NCBI GenBank assembly: GCA_947500825.1
Contig: CANMTR010000013.1
Location: forward strand, 5,889-69,888
DNA from: an uncultured Rhodobacteraceae bacterium
Lineage (GTDB): Bacteria; Pseudomonadota; Alphaproteobacteria; Rhodobacterales; Rhodobacteraceae
Reading direction: 5' to 3'
DNA length: 64,000 nt
Shown: positions 17,695-26,516 of the stretch, piece by piece
Position numbering within the stretch: the stretch's first letter is position 1
How the letters are laid out: each line of letters opens with the position of its first letter
The notes under the pieces: generated by a model
The model's input: only the letters and a program-made list of their open reading frames with translations
Databases searched by the model: none
What the model was told of the DNA's origin: nothing
Position numbers and translations under genes: made by a program

Positions 17695-18705
17695 ATGAGA
17701 CAGACCCTGATCGCTGCCAGCCTTCTGGCCGGTCCCGCGCTGCCGCTGCATGCGCAAGAGACGGCATACCCCCTGACGCTGACCAATTGCGGCGTCGAGA
17801 TCTCGTTCGACGCGAACCCGGGCAGCATCGTGACCATCGGCCAGTCCGCGACGGAGATCCTGTATTCTCTCGGTCTCGCCCAGAAGGTCGCGGGCACCTC
17901 CGTCTGGTTCAACCCGGTCCTGCCGGACTACGCCGAGGCGGACGCCGACATCGAGCGGCTGGCCGAGAACGACCCGAGCTTCGAGAGCGTCGTGTCGAAG
18001 AAGCCGGGCCTGGTCGCCGTCCAGTACGAATGGCACGTGGGAGAGACCGGCATCGTCGGCACCCGCGGAATGTTCCACGATATCGGCATCCCCACCTACA
18101 TCCTTCCGGCCGATTGCGATACCAAGGACAACTCGACCGGCGGCGACGGCACCCGGACGGGCGCCTTCGAGACGGATTCCGTTTACAGGGGCATCCGCGA
18201 GCTTGCGCGGATCTTCGACGTGCAATCCGCGGGGGAGGACCTGGTCGCGGAACTGGAAGCGACCGAGGCGGACGCGATCGCCCGCGCGAAAACGCTCGAT
18301 CTGCCCGAGGACCTGTCGGCCGTGTTCTGGTTCTCGTCCCCCGACCTGGAGACCGATCCCTATATTGCCGGGCGTCTCGGCGCGCCGGGCTACATGATGT
18401 CGGAGCTCGGGATCGAGAACGTCGTCGACTCCGACGAGGAATGGCCGCTGGTTGGCTGGGAAAGCGTCGCGCGCGCCGATCCCGACGTGATCGTCGTCGC
18501 CCATATGGACCGCCGCCGCTTTCCCGCCGACGACATCGAAAGAAAGCTCGACTTCCTGCGCACCGATCCGGTCGCGAGCCGGATGACGGCCGTGCGGGAG
18601 GGGCGGATCGTGCAGATGGATGCCCACGCGATGAGTGCCACCATGAGGTCGATCCATGGCCTCGAGGCCCTGTCGAGGGCGCTCTCGAAGATGTCCTTCG
18701 AATGA
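17695..18705 (+). CDS. Periplasmic binding protein, BtuF/FecB (cluster A) family
   Basis: 336 aa with a signal peptide (MRQTLIAASLLAGPALPLHAQE). Typical class III SBP sequence. Sits downstream of the B12 riboswitch. Confidence 0.9.
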   Translation: MRQTLIAASLLAGPALPLHAQETAYPLTLTNCGVEISFDANPGSIVTIGQSATEILYSLGLAQKVAGTSVWFNPVLPDYAEADADIERLAENDPSFESVVSKKPGLVAVQYEWHVGETGIVGTRGMFHDIGIPTYILPADCDTKDNSTGGDGTRTGAFETDSVYRGIRELARIFDVQSAGEDLVAELEATEADAIARAKTLDLPEDLSAVFWFSSPDLETDPYIAGRLGAPGYMMSELGIENVVDSDEEWPLVGWESVARADPDVIVVAHMDRRRFPADDIERKLDFLRTDPVASRMTAVREGRIVQMDAHAMSATMRSIHGLEALSRALSKMSFE

Positions 18706-19760
18706 CGACGGCGGTCGTGCCTTCGCGGATGCCGAGGGGCAGCGCCATTTGCCTCGCCCCCCTGGTCCTGGCGGCGGCCGTCCTGGCTGGGACGGCAATC
18801 GGCGAGACGCGTCTGCCGCTCGCCACCGTGCTGCGGACGCTGGCCAACCATCTGTGGGGCGCGGGATATCCCGTGGACGGTATCGAGGCGGGGATCGTGT
18901 GGAGCTACCGCCTCCCGCGGGCCATCGTGGCGGCCTGTTGCGGGGCGGGACTGGCCCTGACCGGCGTCGTCCTGCAGGCGCTCCTGCGCAACCCGCTGGC
19001 CGACCCCTACCTCATGGGCCTGTCGGCGGGGGCCTCGACCGGGGCGGTCCTGGTGACGGTCGCGGGCGTGGGGGGCGGTGCCATCTCTATGTCGCTCGGG
19101 GCGCTGACCGGGGCGCTCGTCGCCTTCGGCTGTGTGGTCGCCCTGGCCCGTGCGGTCGGCGGCGGGGCGGGCGGCGGCCGCGAAACCCAGGCCGCCGCGG
19201 CGATCATCCTCGCGGGCATCGCCGGGTCGCAGCTGTTCAATGCCCTGACGGCGTTCACCATCGCGCGCTCCGCCAATGCCGAGCAGGCGCGGGGTATCAT
19301 GTTCTGGCTGATGGGCAACCTCTCCGGTATCCGGTGGGAGGACGTCGCCGCCTGCACCCTGGTCTCGCTCGTGGGTGTGGGCTTGTGCCTTTGGCACCGG
19401 CGCGGACTCGATGCCTTCGCCTTCGGCGCGGACAGCGCGGCCTCCCTGGGCGTCAACGTGCCGGTCCTGCGCGGCACGCTCGTCACCGCCACCGCGATCA
19501 TGGTCGGGGTGCTCGTCTCCAAGGTCGGCGCCATCGGCTTCGTCGGACTGGTCGTGCCCCACGCCATGCGGTTCCTCGTGGGCACCCGGCACGACCGCCT
19601 CGTGCCCGCCTCCGCCCTCGCGGGGGCCGTGTTCCTCGTGGCCGCCGACGTGGTCAGCCGCGTGCTGGTGCCGGGACAGGTGCTGCCCATCGGCGTCGTC
19701 ACGGCCCTGGTGGGCGCGCCGGCCTTCGCGCTGATCCTCGTGCGGGGTGCGCGGCGATGA
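18702..19760 (+). CDS. FecCD/BtuC-family ABC permease
   Basis: Starts at an ATGA overlap with the SBP stop. Reads MTTAVVPSRM...RLPRAIVAACCGAGLALTGVVLQALLRNPLADPYLMGLSAGAS...IGFVGLVVPH. Confidence 0.9.
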   Translation: MTTAVVPSRMPRGSAICLAPLVLAAAVLAGTAIGETRLPLATVLRTLANHLWGAGYPVDGIEAGIVWSYRLPRAIVAACCGAGLALTGVVLQALLRNPLADPYLMGLSAGASTGAVLVTVAGVGGGAISMSLGALTGALVAFGCVVALARAVGGGAGGGRETQAAAAIILAGIAGSQLFNALTAFTIARSANAEQARGIMFWLMGNLSGIRWEDVAACTLVSLVGVGLCLWHRRGLDAFAFGADSAASLGVNVPVLRGTLVTATAIMVGVLVSKVGAIGFVGLVVPHAMRFLVGTRHDRLVPASALAGAVFLVAADVVSRVLVPGQVLPIGVVTALVGAPAFALILVRGARR

Positions 19761-20518
19761 AGGTCGGCGTCCACGGCCTTTTCGCACGCATCCATCGTGC
19801 ACCGCTCCTCGAGGATGTGTCGTTTCACCTCTCCCAAGGGGAGCTCTTCGGACTCGTCGGTCCCAACGGGTCGGGAAAATCCACCCTCCTGCGATGCCTG
19901 GCCGGACTGCGCCGCCCTTCCTCCGGGCGGGTCCTGGCCGACGGCGCAGACCTCGCCCGGCTGCCTGCCCGGACCCGTGCGCGGCGCATCGCCCTCGTCG
20001 AGCAGCACGCCGACACCATGGACAGGCTGACCGTCCGCGAGGCGGTGGAGCTGGGCCGGACGCCCCACCTCTCGCCGCTTCGAGGGTGGAGCGCGGCAGA
20101 TGCGGCCGCGGTGGAGGCCGCCCTCGCCGCGGTGGAGATGGCGGACTTCGCCGCGCGCCACTGGCATACCCTCTCGGGTGGCGAGCAGCAGCGCGTCCAT
20201 ATCGCCCGGGCGCTCGCTCAGACCCCCGACCTTCTGCTGCTCGACGAGCCCACGAACCACCTCGACATCCGCCACCAACTCTCCCTCATGGCCCTGGTGC
20301 GAGGACTGCCCATTACCCGCGTCATCGCCCTGCACGACCTGAACCAGGCGATGGCCTGTCACCGGGTCGCGGTTCTGCACCGAGGGCGGCTCGCCGCGGT
20401 CGGACCTCCCGGCGACGTGCTGGCCGAGGACATGCTGGCGCGTGTCTTCGGCGTTGCCGGGTCGAGCCGGGAAGACCCGGACGGGTCGCGGCACTTGCGC
20501 TTTTCACATGCTCTCTGA
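19757..20518 (+). CDS. ABC ATPase, BtuD/FepC-like
   Basis: Starts at an ATGA overlap with the permease stop. Walker A GPNGSGKST, signature LSGGEQQR, Walker B LLLLDEPT. Confidence 0.9.
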   Translation: MKVGVHGLFARIHRAPLLEDVSFHLSQGELFGLVGPNGSGKSTLLRCLAGLRRPSSGRVLADGADLARLPARTRARRIALVEQHADTMDRLTVREAVELGRTPHLSPLRGWSAADAAAVEAALAAVEMADFAARHWHTLSGGEQQRVHIARALAQTPDLLLLDEPTNHLDIRHQLSLMALVRGLPITRVIALHDLNQAMACHRVAVLHRGRLAAVGPPGDVLAEDMLARVFGVAGSSREDPDGSRHLRFSHAL

Positions 20519-21072
20519 CGCAGGGCTTGCGCCGTGGCGCGGACGGAGTTCACCTCCCGAGGCCATCGCCGCCCGCCGCCGCCATCGACGGGCGACGGAC
20601 CGGCACGGTCTTCCGGGACGGTGCGCGCCATCCCTCACCAAGAAACCGGACGTGGACTCGTGCAAGGCGCATGGCACCAGGACATTTCCCGGCCGCGCAG
20701 GTTGTCGTACGGTCGCTCGCCTTCGACGTGCCCCGGGCGCATCGACGCCGACGCCACCGCGTGTTAGCCCCTGTGCATCCTGCTGTCCGCGTCATGTCAG
20801 GGTCCTGGCAGGCCCTTTCGGGAAGGGGGCCATTTCGGGTTTGCGGCCACGCGCGGCCCTGCTCTTGCAAGTTCGAGCAAAGGGGTTGGTTCTGCGGAGC
20901 GCCCGGCAAAGGGATTCGTCACCCGCAGGCAGACGATGAGCCACGGCATTTCGTTTCCCCGCCCATCTTGACCCATGACGGCAATGGCCGCGACGGTTTC
21001 CGTTGCGGTATGGCGCGGGCAGGGATCGTGCAATCCGGGCGAGACGGCCCGGCGTGAAGAGTGGAGTGAGTT

Positions 21073-22182
21073 TTGGGAGAATGCGACGTCCTTGTCACGG
21101 GCGGCGCCGGATATATCGGAAGCCACGTATGCAAGGCGCTGGCCGAGTCCGGGTACACGCCGATCACCTACGACGACCTGTCGATCGACAACCGCCGTGC
21201 CGTGCGTTGGGGGCCGCTCGAAGTCGGCGACATCCGCGACCCCGCGCGCCTGAACGAGGTCTTCCTGCGCCACAGGCCGGCAGGTGTCCTGCACTTCGCG
21301 GCGTTGTCGCTCGTGGGCGAGTCGATGATCGATCCCGCCCGCTACTGGAACCTCAACCTCCAGGGCGCGCAATGCGTGTTCGACGCGGCCCGGCGGCATG
21401 GCGTTCGCGGCCTCGTCTTCTCCTCGACCTGCGCGATCTACGGCATCCCGGCGTCAGTGCCGATCGATGAGGACGCGCCCACCAACCCGGTCAATCCCTA
21501 CGGCGCGACCAAGCTCGCCGCCGAACGGATGCTGGGCGATTACGGTGCCGCCTACGACCTTCCGCATTTGATCTTGCGGTACTTCAACGCGGCCGGCGCC
21601 GACCCGGAGGTGGAGATCGGCGAACGGCGCGACGTCGAGACCCATCTCGTGCCACTGGCCATCGACGCCTCTCTGGGCCGGCGCGGGCCCTTGCGTGTCA
21701 TGGGCGACGACTACCCCACCCCCGACGGCACCGCGATTCGCGACTACGTCCACGTGGCGGACCTCGCGCGGGCCCATGTCGCCGGGCTGGAAAAACTGTT
21801 CGCGGGCGCGGCCTCCCGGACGCTCAACATCGGGACGGGCCGTGGAACCTCGGTGCGCGAGATCCTGGACGCCGTGGAGGCCGCGACCGGGCACGAGGTG
21901 CCGACCGTCGCCGCCCCGCGCCGGCCGGGCGACCCGCCCGAGCTGGTCGCGAACGCGGCCCGCGCCAGGGACGTCCTGGGGCCCGACCACCTGCCGCGGT
22001 CCGACATCGACACGATCGTCCGCACCGCGCTGGCCTGGCACCGGACCCTGGAAGACCCCACGCCGCCCGGGGGCGGGCCGGGCGGGGCGGAGGCTCACGC
22101 CACCCGGTCGGTGTTCTCGTCCGAGGCGGCGGTGGGCACGAGCGCGCGCACCACGTCGCGCATCGGCAAGGTCCCGACCTGA
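21073..22182 (+). CDS. galE: UDP-glucose 4-epimerase
   Basis: TTG start. Contains VLVTGGAGYIGSH, YGATK and RYFNAAGA. The roughly 40-aa Pro/Gly-rich C-terminal tail overlaps the convergent proV by 88 nt. Confidence 0.85.
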   Translation: MGECDVLVTGGAGYIGSHVCKALAESGYTPITYDDLSIDNRRAVRWGPLEVGDIRDPARLNEVFLRHRPAGVLHFAALSLVGESMIDPARYWNLNLQGAQCVFDAARRHGVRGLVFSSTCAIYGIPASVPIDEDAPTNPVNPYGATKLAAERMLGDYGAAYDLPHLILRYFNAAGADPEVEIGERRDVETHLVPLAIDASLGRRGPLRVMGDDYPTPDGTAIRDYVHVADLARAHVAGLEKLFAGAASRTLNIGTGRGTSVREILDAVEAATGHEVPTVAAPRRPGDPPELVANAARARDVLGPDHLPRSDIDTIVRTALAWHRTLEDPTPPGGGPGGAEAHATRSVFSSEAAVGTSARTTSRIGKVPT

Positions 22183-23150
22183 CGGCCGTCCTGCATCACC
22201 CGGAAGGTCGGCGTCGTGTCGCCGCCCGCCTGGGCGATGACCTCCTCCAGCGTGGCGTCGGCGTCGACCTGTCCGGACGCCTCGCCCGCGGCATCGGTGC
22301 CGGGGCGCATCACCGTGCGGGCGCGCAGGACGCGGGCGCGATTGATGTCGGCGATGAAGTCCACGATGTAGGGATCGTTGGGGTTGGTCAGGATGTGCTG
22401 CGGCTCGCCCTGCTGCACGACCTCGCCGTCTTTCAGGATCACCAGGTGATCGGCGAGCTTCAGGGCCTCGTCCAGATCGTGGGTGATGAAGACGACCGTC
22501 TTCTGCAACTCCTTCTGCAGTTCCAGCAGCAGGTCCTGCATGTCGGTTCGGATGAGGGGGTCGAGCGCCGAGAAAGCCTCGTCCATCAGCATGATGTCCG
22601 AGTTCGAGGTAAGAGCCCGGGCGATCCCCACGCGTTGCTGCATGCCCCCGGAAAGCTGGTGGGGATATTGCGGCCCCTGCCCCTCCAGTCCCACGCGGTC
22701 GAGCCAGCGCGTCGCCTCAGCCTCGTAATCCGCCTTCTTTCGCCCTTCGACGATCCAGGGCGTGGCGGCGTTCTCCAGCACCGTGCGGTGGGGCAGCAGC
22801 GCGAACTTCTGGAACACCATCGACATGTCCCGGCGCCGGATGCGGCGCAGACGTTTCGCGCCGTATTCCATGATGTTCTCGCCGTTCACCCGCACCTCGC
22901 CCGCGGTCGGGTCGATCAGGCGGTTGAGGTGGCGGATCAGCGTCGACTTGCCCGACCCCGACAGGCCCATGATGACGGTGATCTCGCCGTCCGTCATGTC
23001 GACATTGATGTCGCGCAGGCCCAGGACATGGTTGTGTTTCTCCAGCAGCTCGCTCTTGCGCATGCCATCGCGGACATGGGCCAGCGCCCTCTGGGGGTCC
23101 TCGCCGAAGATCTTGTAGAGGTCGCGCACGGCGATCTTGGTGTCGGCCAT
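22095..23150 (-). CDS. proV: Glycine betaine/proline ABC transporter ATPase
   Basis: Within the ORF 22095..24146, the real start is MADTKIAVRDLYKIFG. Walker A GLSGSGKST, signature LSGGMQQR, Walker B MLMDEAFSALD, and a CBS-like C-terminus. Confidence 0.9.
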   Translation of the reverse strand: MADTKIAVRDLYKIFGEDPQRALAHVRDGMRKSELLEKHNHVLGLRDINVDMTDGEITVIMGLSGSGKSTLIRHLNRLIDPTAGEVRVNGENIMEYGAKRLRRIRRRDMSMVFQKFALLPHRTVLENAATPWIVEGRKKADYEAEATRWLDRVGLEGQGPQYPHQLSGGMQQRVGIARALTSNSDIMLMDEAFSALDPLIRTDMQDLLLELQKELQKTVVFITHDLDEALKLADHLVILKDGEVVQQGEPQHILTNPNDPYIVDFIADINRARVLRARTVMRPGTDAAGEASGQVDADATLEEVIAQAGGDTTPTFRVMQDGRQVGTLPMRDVVRALVPTAASDENTDRVA

Positions 23151-23161
23151 GTCCCGGCTCC

Positions 23162-24193
23162 TCAATTCTTCTGCGCGGCGTTGACGCGGGCGAGCGCCGC
23201 CTTGGTCGAGCGGTCGAGGATCACCGCGAGGATGACGATTCCCAGCCCCGAGACCAGGCCCACGCCCAGCTCCAGGTTGCGGATGCCGCGCAGCACCAGC
23301 ACGCCCAGGCCCGGCGCCGAGACGAGGCTGGCGATGACCACCATCGCCAGGCTCATCATGATGGTCTGGTTCACCCCCGCCATGATGTTCGGCAGCGCCA
23401 GCGGGATCTGCACGCCGAAAAGCTTCTGCCGGTCGGTCATGCCGAAGGCGTCGGCGGCCTCGATCACCTCCGGGTCGACCAGGCGGATGCCCAAGTTCGT
23501 CAACCGGACCACCGGCACGATGGCGTAGAGGATGATCGCGATGCCGTAGAGCTTGGGCTCGGTCACCGAGAACAGGAAGATCAGCGGGATCAGGTAGACG
23601 AAGGGCGGCAGGGTCTGCAGCATGTCCAGGACGGGGATCATCACCTTCTGAAGCCTGTCGGAGCGCGACATGGCGATGCCGATGGGCACCCCGATCGCCA
23701 CGCAGATCGCCGCGCAGACGGCGATGACCGCCAGGGTCTGCATCGCGTAGTCGTAGTAGTCGATGAACGCCAGCGCCGACAGCGAGCCCACCACGAAGGC
23801 CAGGAGCCCCACCGAGCGGCTGACGGCGAATATGACCACCGCCAGGAGCGGGATCATCACGAACCACGGCGTCGCCTGGAAGATCTCCAGCGCCCATCTG
23901 AGCGTCCAGCTCAGGGGCTGGGTGATCGGATCGAGCACGTAGGACAGGGTGTCCTTGACGCCGAGGAATGCCTCCTCGAGTCCCTGGGTCACCTCCCGCG
24001 ATTGCGGAAACGCCGTACAGGCGTCGTTCAACGCGTCCATCGAGGGGAACGGCGTCTGCCACACGCTGCGCTCGGGCTGCGAGCCGGTCTGGCTCAGGAG
24101 GTCCCCCATGGACATGGGCGCGCCACCCTCTCCGGCTCCGTCGCACCAGCCCCGCAGGCCGAGGGTGTCGAACACCCAGTCATAGGTCGCCAT
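23162..24193 (-). CDS. proW: Glycine betaine/proline ABC transporter permease
   Basis: 343-aa multi-TM ORF with a ProW-like EAA loop region (EAADAFGMTDRQKLFGVQIPLALP). Confidence 0.9.
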   Translation of the reverse strand: MATYDWVFDTLGLRGWCDGAGEGGAPMSMGDLLSQTGSQPERSVWQTPFPSMDALNDACTAFPQSREVTQGLEEAFLGVKDTLSYVLDPITQPLSWTLRWALEIFQATPWFVMIPLLAVVIFAVSRSVGLLAFVVGSLSALAFIDYYDYAMQTLAVIAVCAAICVAIGVPIGIAMSRSDRLQKVMIPVLDMLQTLPPFVYLIPLIFLFSVTEPKLYGIAIILYAIVPVVRLTNLGIRLVDPEVIEAADAFGMTDRQKLFGVQIPLALPNIMAGVNQTIMMSLAMVVIASLVSAPGLGVLVLRGIRNLELGVGLVSGLGIVILAVILDRSTKAALARVNAAQKN

Positions 24194-24268
24194 CGTGGTC
24201 CGTCCTGTCGGTGATCTTGCTTGTTGGGGGCGGCCCGTGCGGGGCCGCCCCTGTCTTCTTGGGGCCGG

Positions 24269-25237
24269 TTACTGCTCGAGAACCTGGCTCAGGTTCTCGC
24301 GCGCCGCATCGTTGATCCAGCCCGACCAGGTGTCCTGGTTGTTGGTCAGGAAATAGACGGCACCTTCCTCGCCCGAGGCGGAGTTCTCCTCCATCCAGGC
24401 CACGATCCCGTTCATGGTCTCCACCTCGAAGGACATGTTCGAGAGGAACTCGGCCAGATCTGGGTGCTGCTCGGAGAACTCGGTCGTCACGGCCGTCGCG
24501 ACCGGCGCATCCGGGAAGGAGGTGCGGCCGACATCCTCGGCATCGGGATTCTGCGCGGCGCTGTAGGCTTGCTCGTCGTACTCGCCGAGATCCACCTTGG
24601 TCATGTCATACTGCCCGAGGAGGGATGTCGGGGCCCAGTAGTAACCGAACCAGGGCTCCTCGCTCTCGTAGGCGGAGGCCATGGAGGTGGCCAGCGTCTC
24701 GCCCGAGCCGTGGTCGAATACCTCGATGCCGGCATCGGCCACCCCGAAGGCGGGCAGCAGGTTGTCGTTCACGACGCGGCAGCCCCACCCTTCGGGGCAG
24801 TTGTGGAACATGCCGCCAACCAGATCGGGGTTATCGAGGACGCCCTCGATGGTGGTCAGCTCGGGATGCTCCTCGGCCAAGTAGGTGGGAATCCACCACC
24901 CGTCGATGGCGCCGGGCACCAGGACGGGCCCCAGCTCCTCCACGCGTCCTTCCTCGATGAGCCGGTCGTAGACATCGCCGGTCAGGTTGACCCAGAGTTC
25001 GGTGACGATGTCGGGCTCGCCATTCTCGGCGACGGAGGTGACCGACGGCACCGTGTCGGACGGCACGATCGACACGTCGCAGCCGTAGCCCTGCTCCATG
25101 ATGAAGTTGGCGACGTTGGTTACGACCGAGGCCGAGGCCCAGTTCATCTCGGTGATGGAGACCTCGCCGCAATCGTCCTGCGCCATGGCGGGCGCGGCGA
25201 GCATCGTCAGGGCGGTGGTGAATGCGAGTTTTCTCAT
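24269..25237 (-). CDS. proX: Glycine betaine/choline-type periplasmic binding protein
   Basis: 322 aa with a signal peptide (MRKLAFTTALTMLAAPAMAQ). OpuAC-family sequence (ITEMNWASASVVTNV...). Confidence 0.85.
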   Translation of the reverse strand: MRKLAFTTALTMLAAPAMAQDDCGEVSITEMNWASASVVTNVANFIMEQGYGCDVSIVPSDTVPSVTSVAENGEPDIVTELWVNLTGDVYDRLIEEGRVEELGPVLVPGAIDGWWIPTYLAEEHPELTTIEGVLDNPDLVGGMFHNCPEGWGCRVVNDNLLPAFGVADAGIEVFDHGSGETLATSMASAYESEEPWFGYYWAPTSLLGQYDMTKVDLGEYDEQAYSAAQNPDAEDVGRTSFPDAPVATAVTTEFSEQHPDLAEFLSNMSFEVETMNGIVAWMEENSASGEEGAVYFLTNNQDTWSGWINDAARENLSQVLEQ

Positions 25238-25462
25238 GTCGTTTCCCTGTTCTTTGTCTTTTTTGCGATGGCGAGGGCCCTAATGCGTGGGCCTCCGCCG
25301 GATCGGCATGAATCTGCACAATTCGCACCGAGGTAACAACCCGAAGGCCCCGCCGCCGCCGGTCAAGGGCGCGGCATTCCTTAACCCATTTTGCAAGTTT
25401 CGGCACGCATCACGCTGATACCTTAGGGATTTTCAGCTCTTCACAATATGCAACCGGATCGC

Positions 25463-26350
25463 TTACCCGGCCGGCACAATGTCGCGATAATGCGCTGAAA
25501 TCGCCCCCGGTGTCGTCAGCCAGACCTCCGATCCCGCACGGTCGCGCAAGGTCGTGAGCGCCCGCTCGAGATGGCCGAACCTGTGGGCCTGGCCCATCAG
25601 GTAAGGGTGAAGCGCCACGCCCATCACGACCGGGCGGCGGGCACATTCCCGACGGTGCAGCTCGAACGCCGACAGGATCATGTCGCAGAACGCCTCCGCC
25701 TCCAGAGCGCGGCCCATGATCTGGGGAACGTCGTTGAGCTCCTGCGGATAGGGCACCGACAGGATCGGTCCCGCATCCGTGCGCATCCACACGGGCTGCT
25801 CGTCGTGGGCCCAGTCCAGCAGATAGTCGTAGCCCGCCCCGGCAAGCAGGTCCGGCGTGCGCCGCGATTCCGAGATCAGGGGCGCAAGGTAACCCGCCGG
25901 CGCCCGGCCCGTCGCGGCTTGCAGCCGGGTGCGGGATCCTTCGAGCACGGAGCGTTCCTCATCGGCGGACAATGCGCCTGGCGGTTGGGAATTGGCATGA
26001 CCGTGGGCCACGATCTCGTCGCCCCGCGCCGTGAATCGCTCCACGATCTGCGGGGCCTCGTCGGCGACGGCATCGTTGAGCAGGCCCGCCACCGGCATCT
26101 CCAGCCGGTCGAGCAGGTCGAACATGCGCCAGATCCCGACGCGGTTGCCGTAGTCGCGCCAGCTGTAGTTCATCACGTCCGGTGCGGGCTTGCCCTGGGC
26201 CAGGACGGCGCCCGCCTCCGCGTCGAACGAGAACCACTCGACGTTGACGCCGATATAGAGCGCCAGGCGCGCCCCTCCCGGCCAGTCGAAGTCGGGGCGT
26301 TCGGTGATCGGGCTGAAATCGTATCGGTCGTGGTGGACGATATGGGCCAT
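25463..26350 (-). CDS. Polysaccharide deacetylase (CE4)/PuuE-like family hydrolase
   Basis: Within the ORF 25463..26644, the start was chosen at MAHIVHHDRYDFSPITERPDFDWPGGARLALYIGVNVE. It has the EIVAHGH motif and is about 295 aa, typical for this family. Confidence 0.75.
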   Translation of the reverse strand: MAHIVHHDRYDFSPITERPDFDWPGGARLALYIGVNVEWFSFDAEAGAVLAQGKPAPDVMNYSWRDYGNRVGIWRMFDLLDRLEMPVAGLLNDAVADEAPQIVERFTARGDEIVAHGHANSQPPGALSADEERSVLEGSRTRLQAATGRAPAGYLAPLISESRRTPDLLAGAGYDYLLDWAHDEQPVWMRTDAGPILSVPYPQELNDVPQIMGRALEAEAFCDMILSAFELHRRECARRPVVMGVALHPYLMGQAHRFGHLERALTTLRDRAGSEVWLTTPGAISAHYRDIVPAG

Positions 26351-26516
26351 CTGCGGCTGCCTCCGGTCTGCGAAATCTCGGGGAGGAACAGGCGAGTGGC
26401 CGGGGGGTTCTGCGGCCTTCCGTCCGCTTGACCCCGGCATCCGCCCTGCGCTAGGCGCGCCGCCTTCGACCCGCGGGCCGGCGCCGCGCGGCCCCCCGCT
26501 CCAGAGACGTAGGGAC

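Noticed and set aside
20519-21072. About 550-nt gene-free gap between the ABC ATPase and galE, checked for a small gene or structured RNA
   Set aside because: It contains only short R/P-rich ORFs (for example 20550..20909 on the minus strand). I recognised no riboswitch, sRNA or IS signature. It is left unannotated rather than guessed, and an Rfam scan would be the decisive test.
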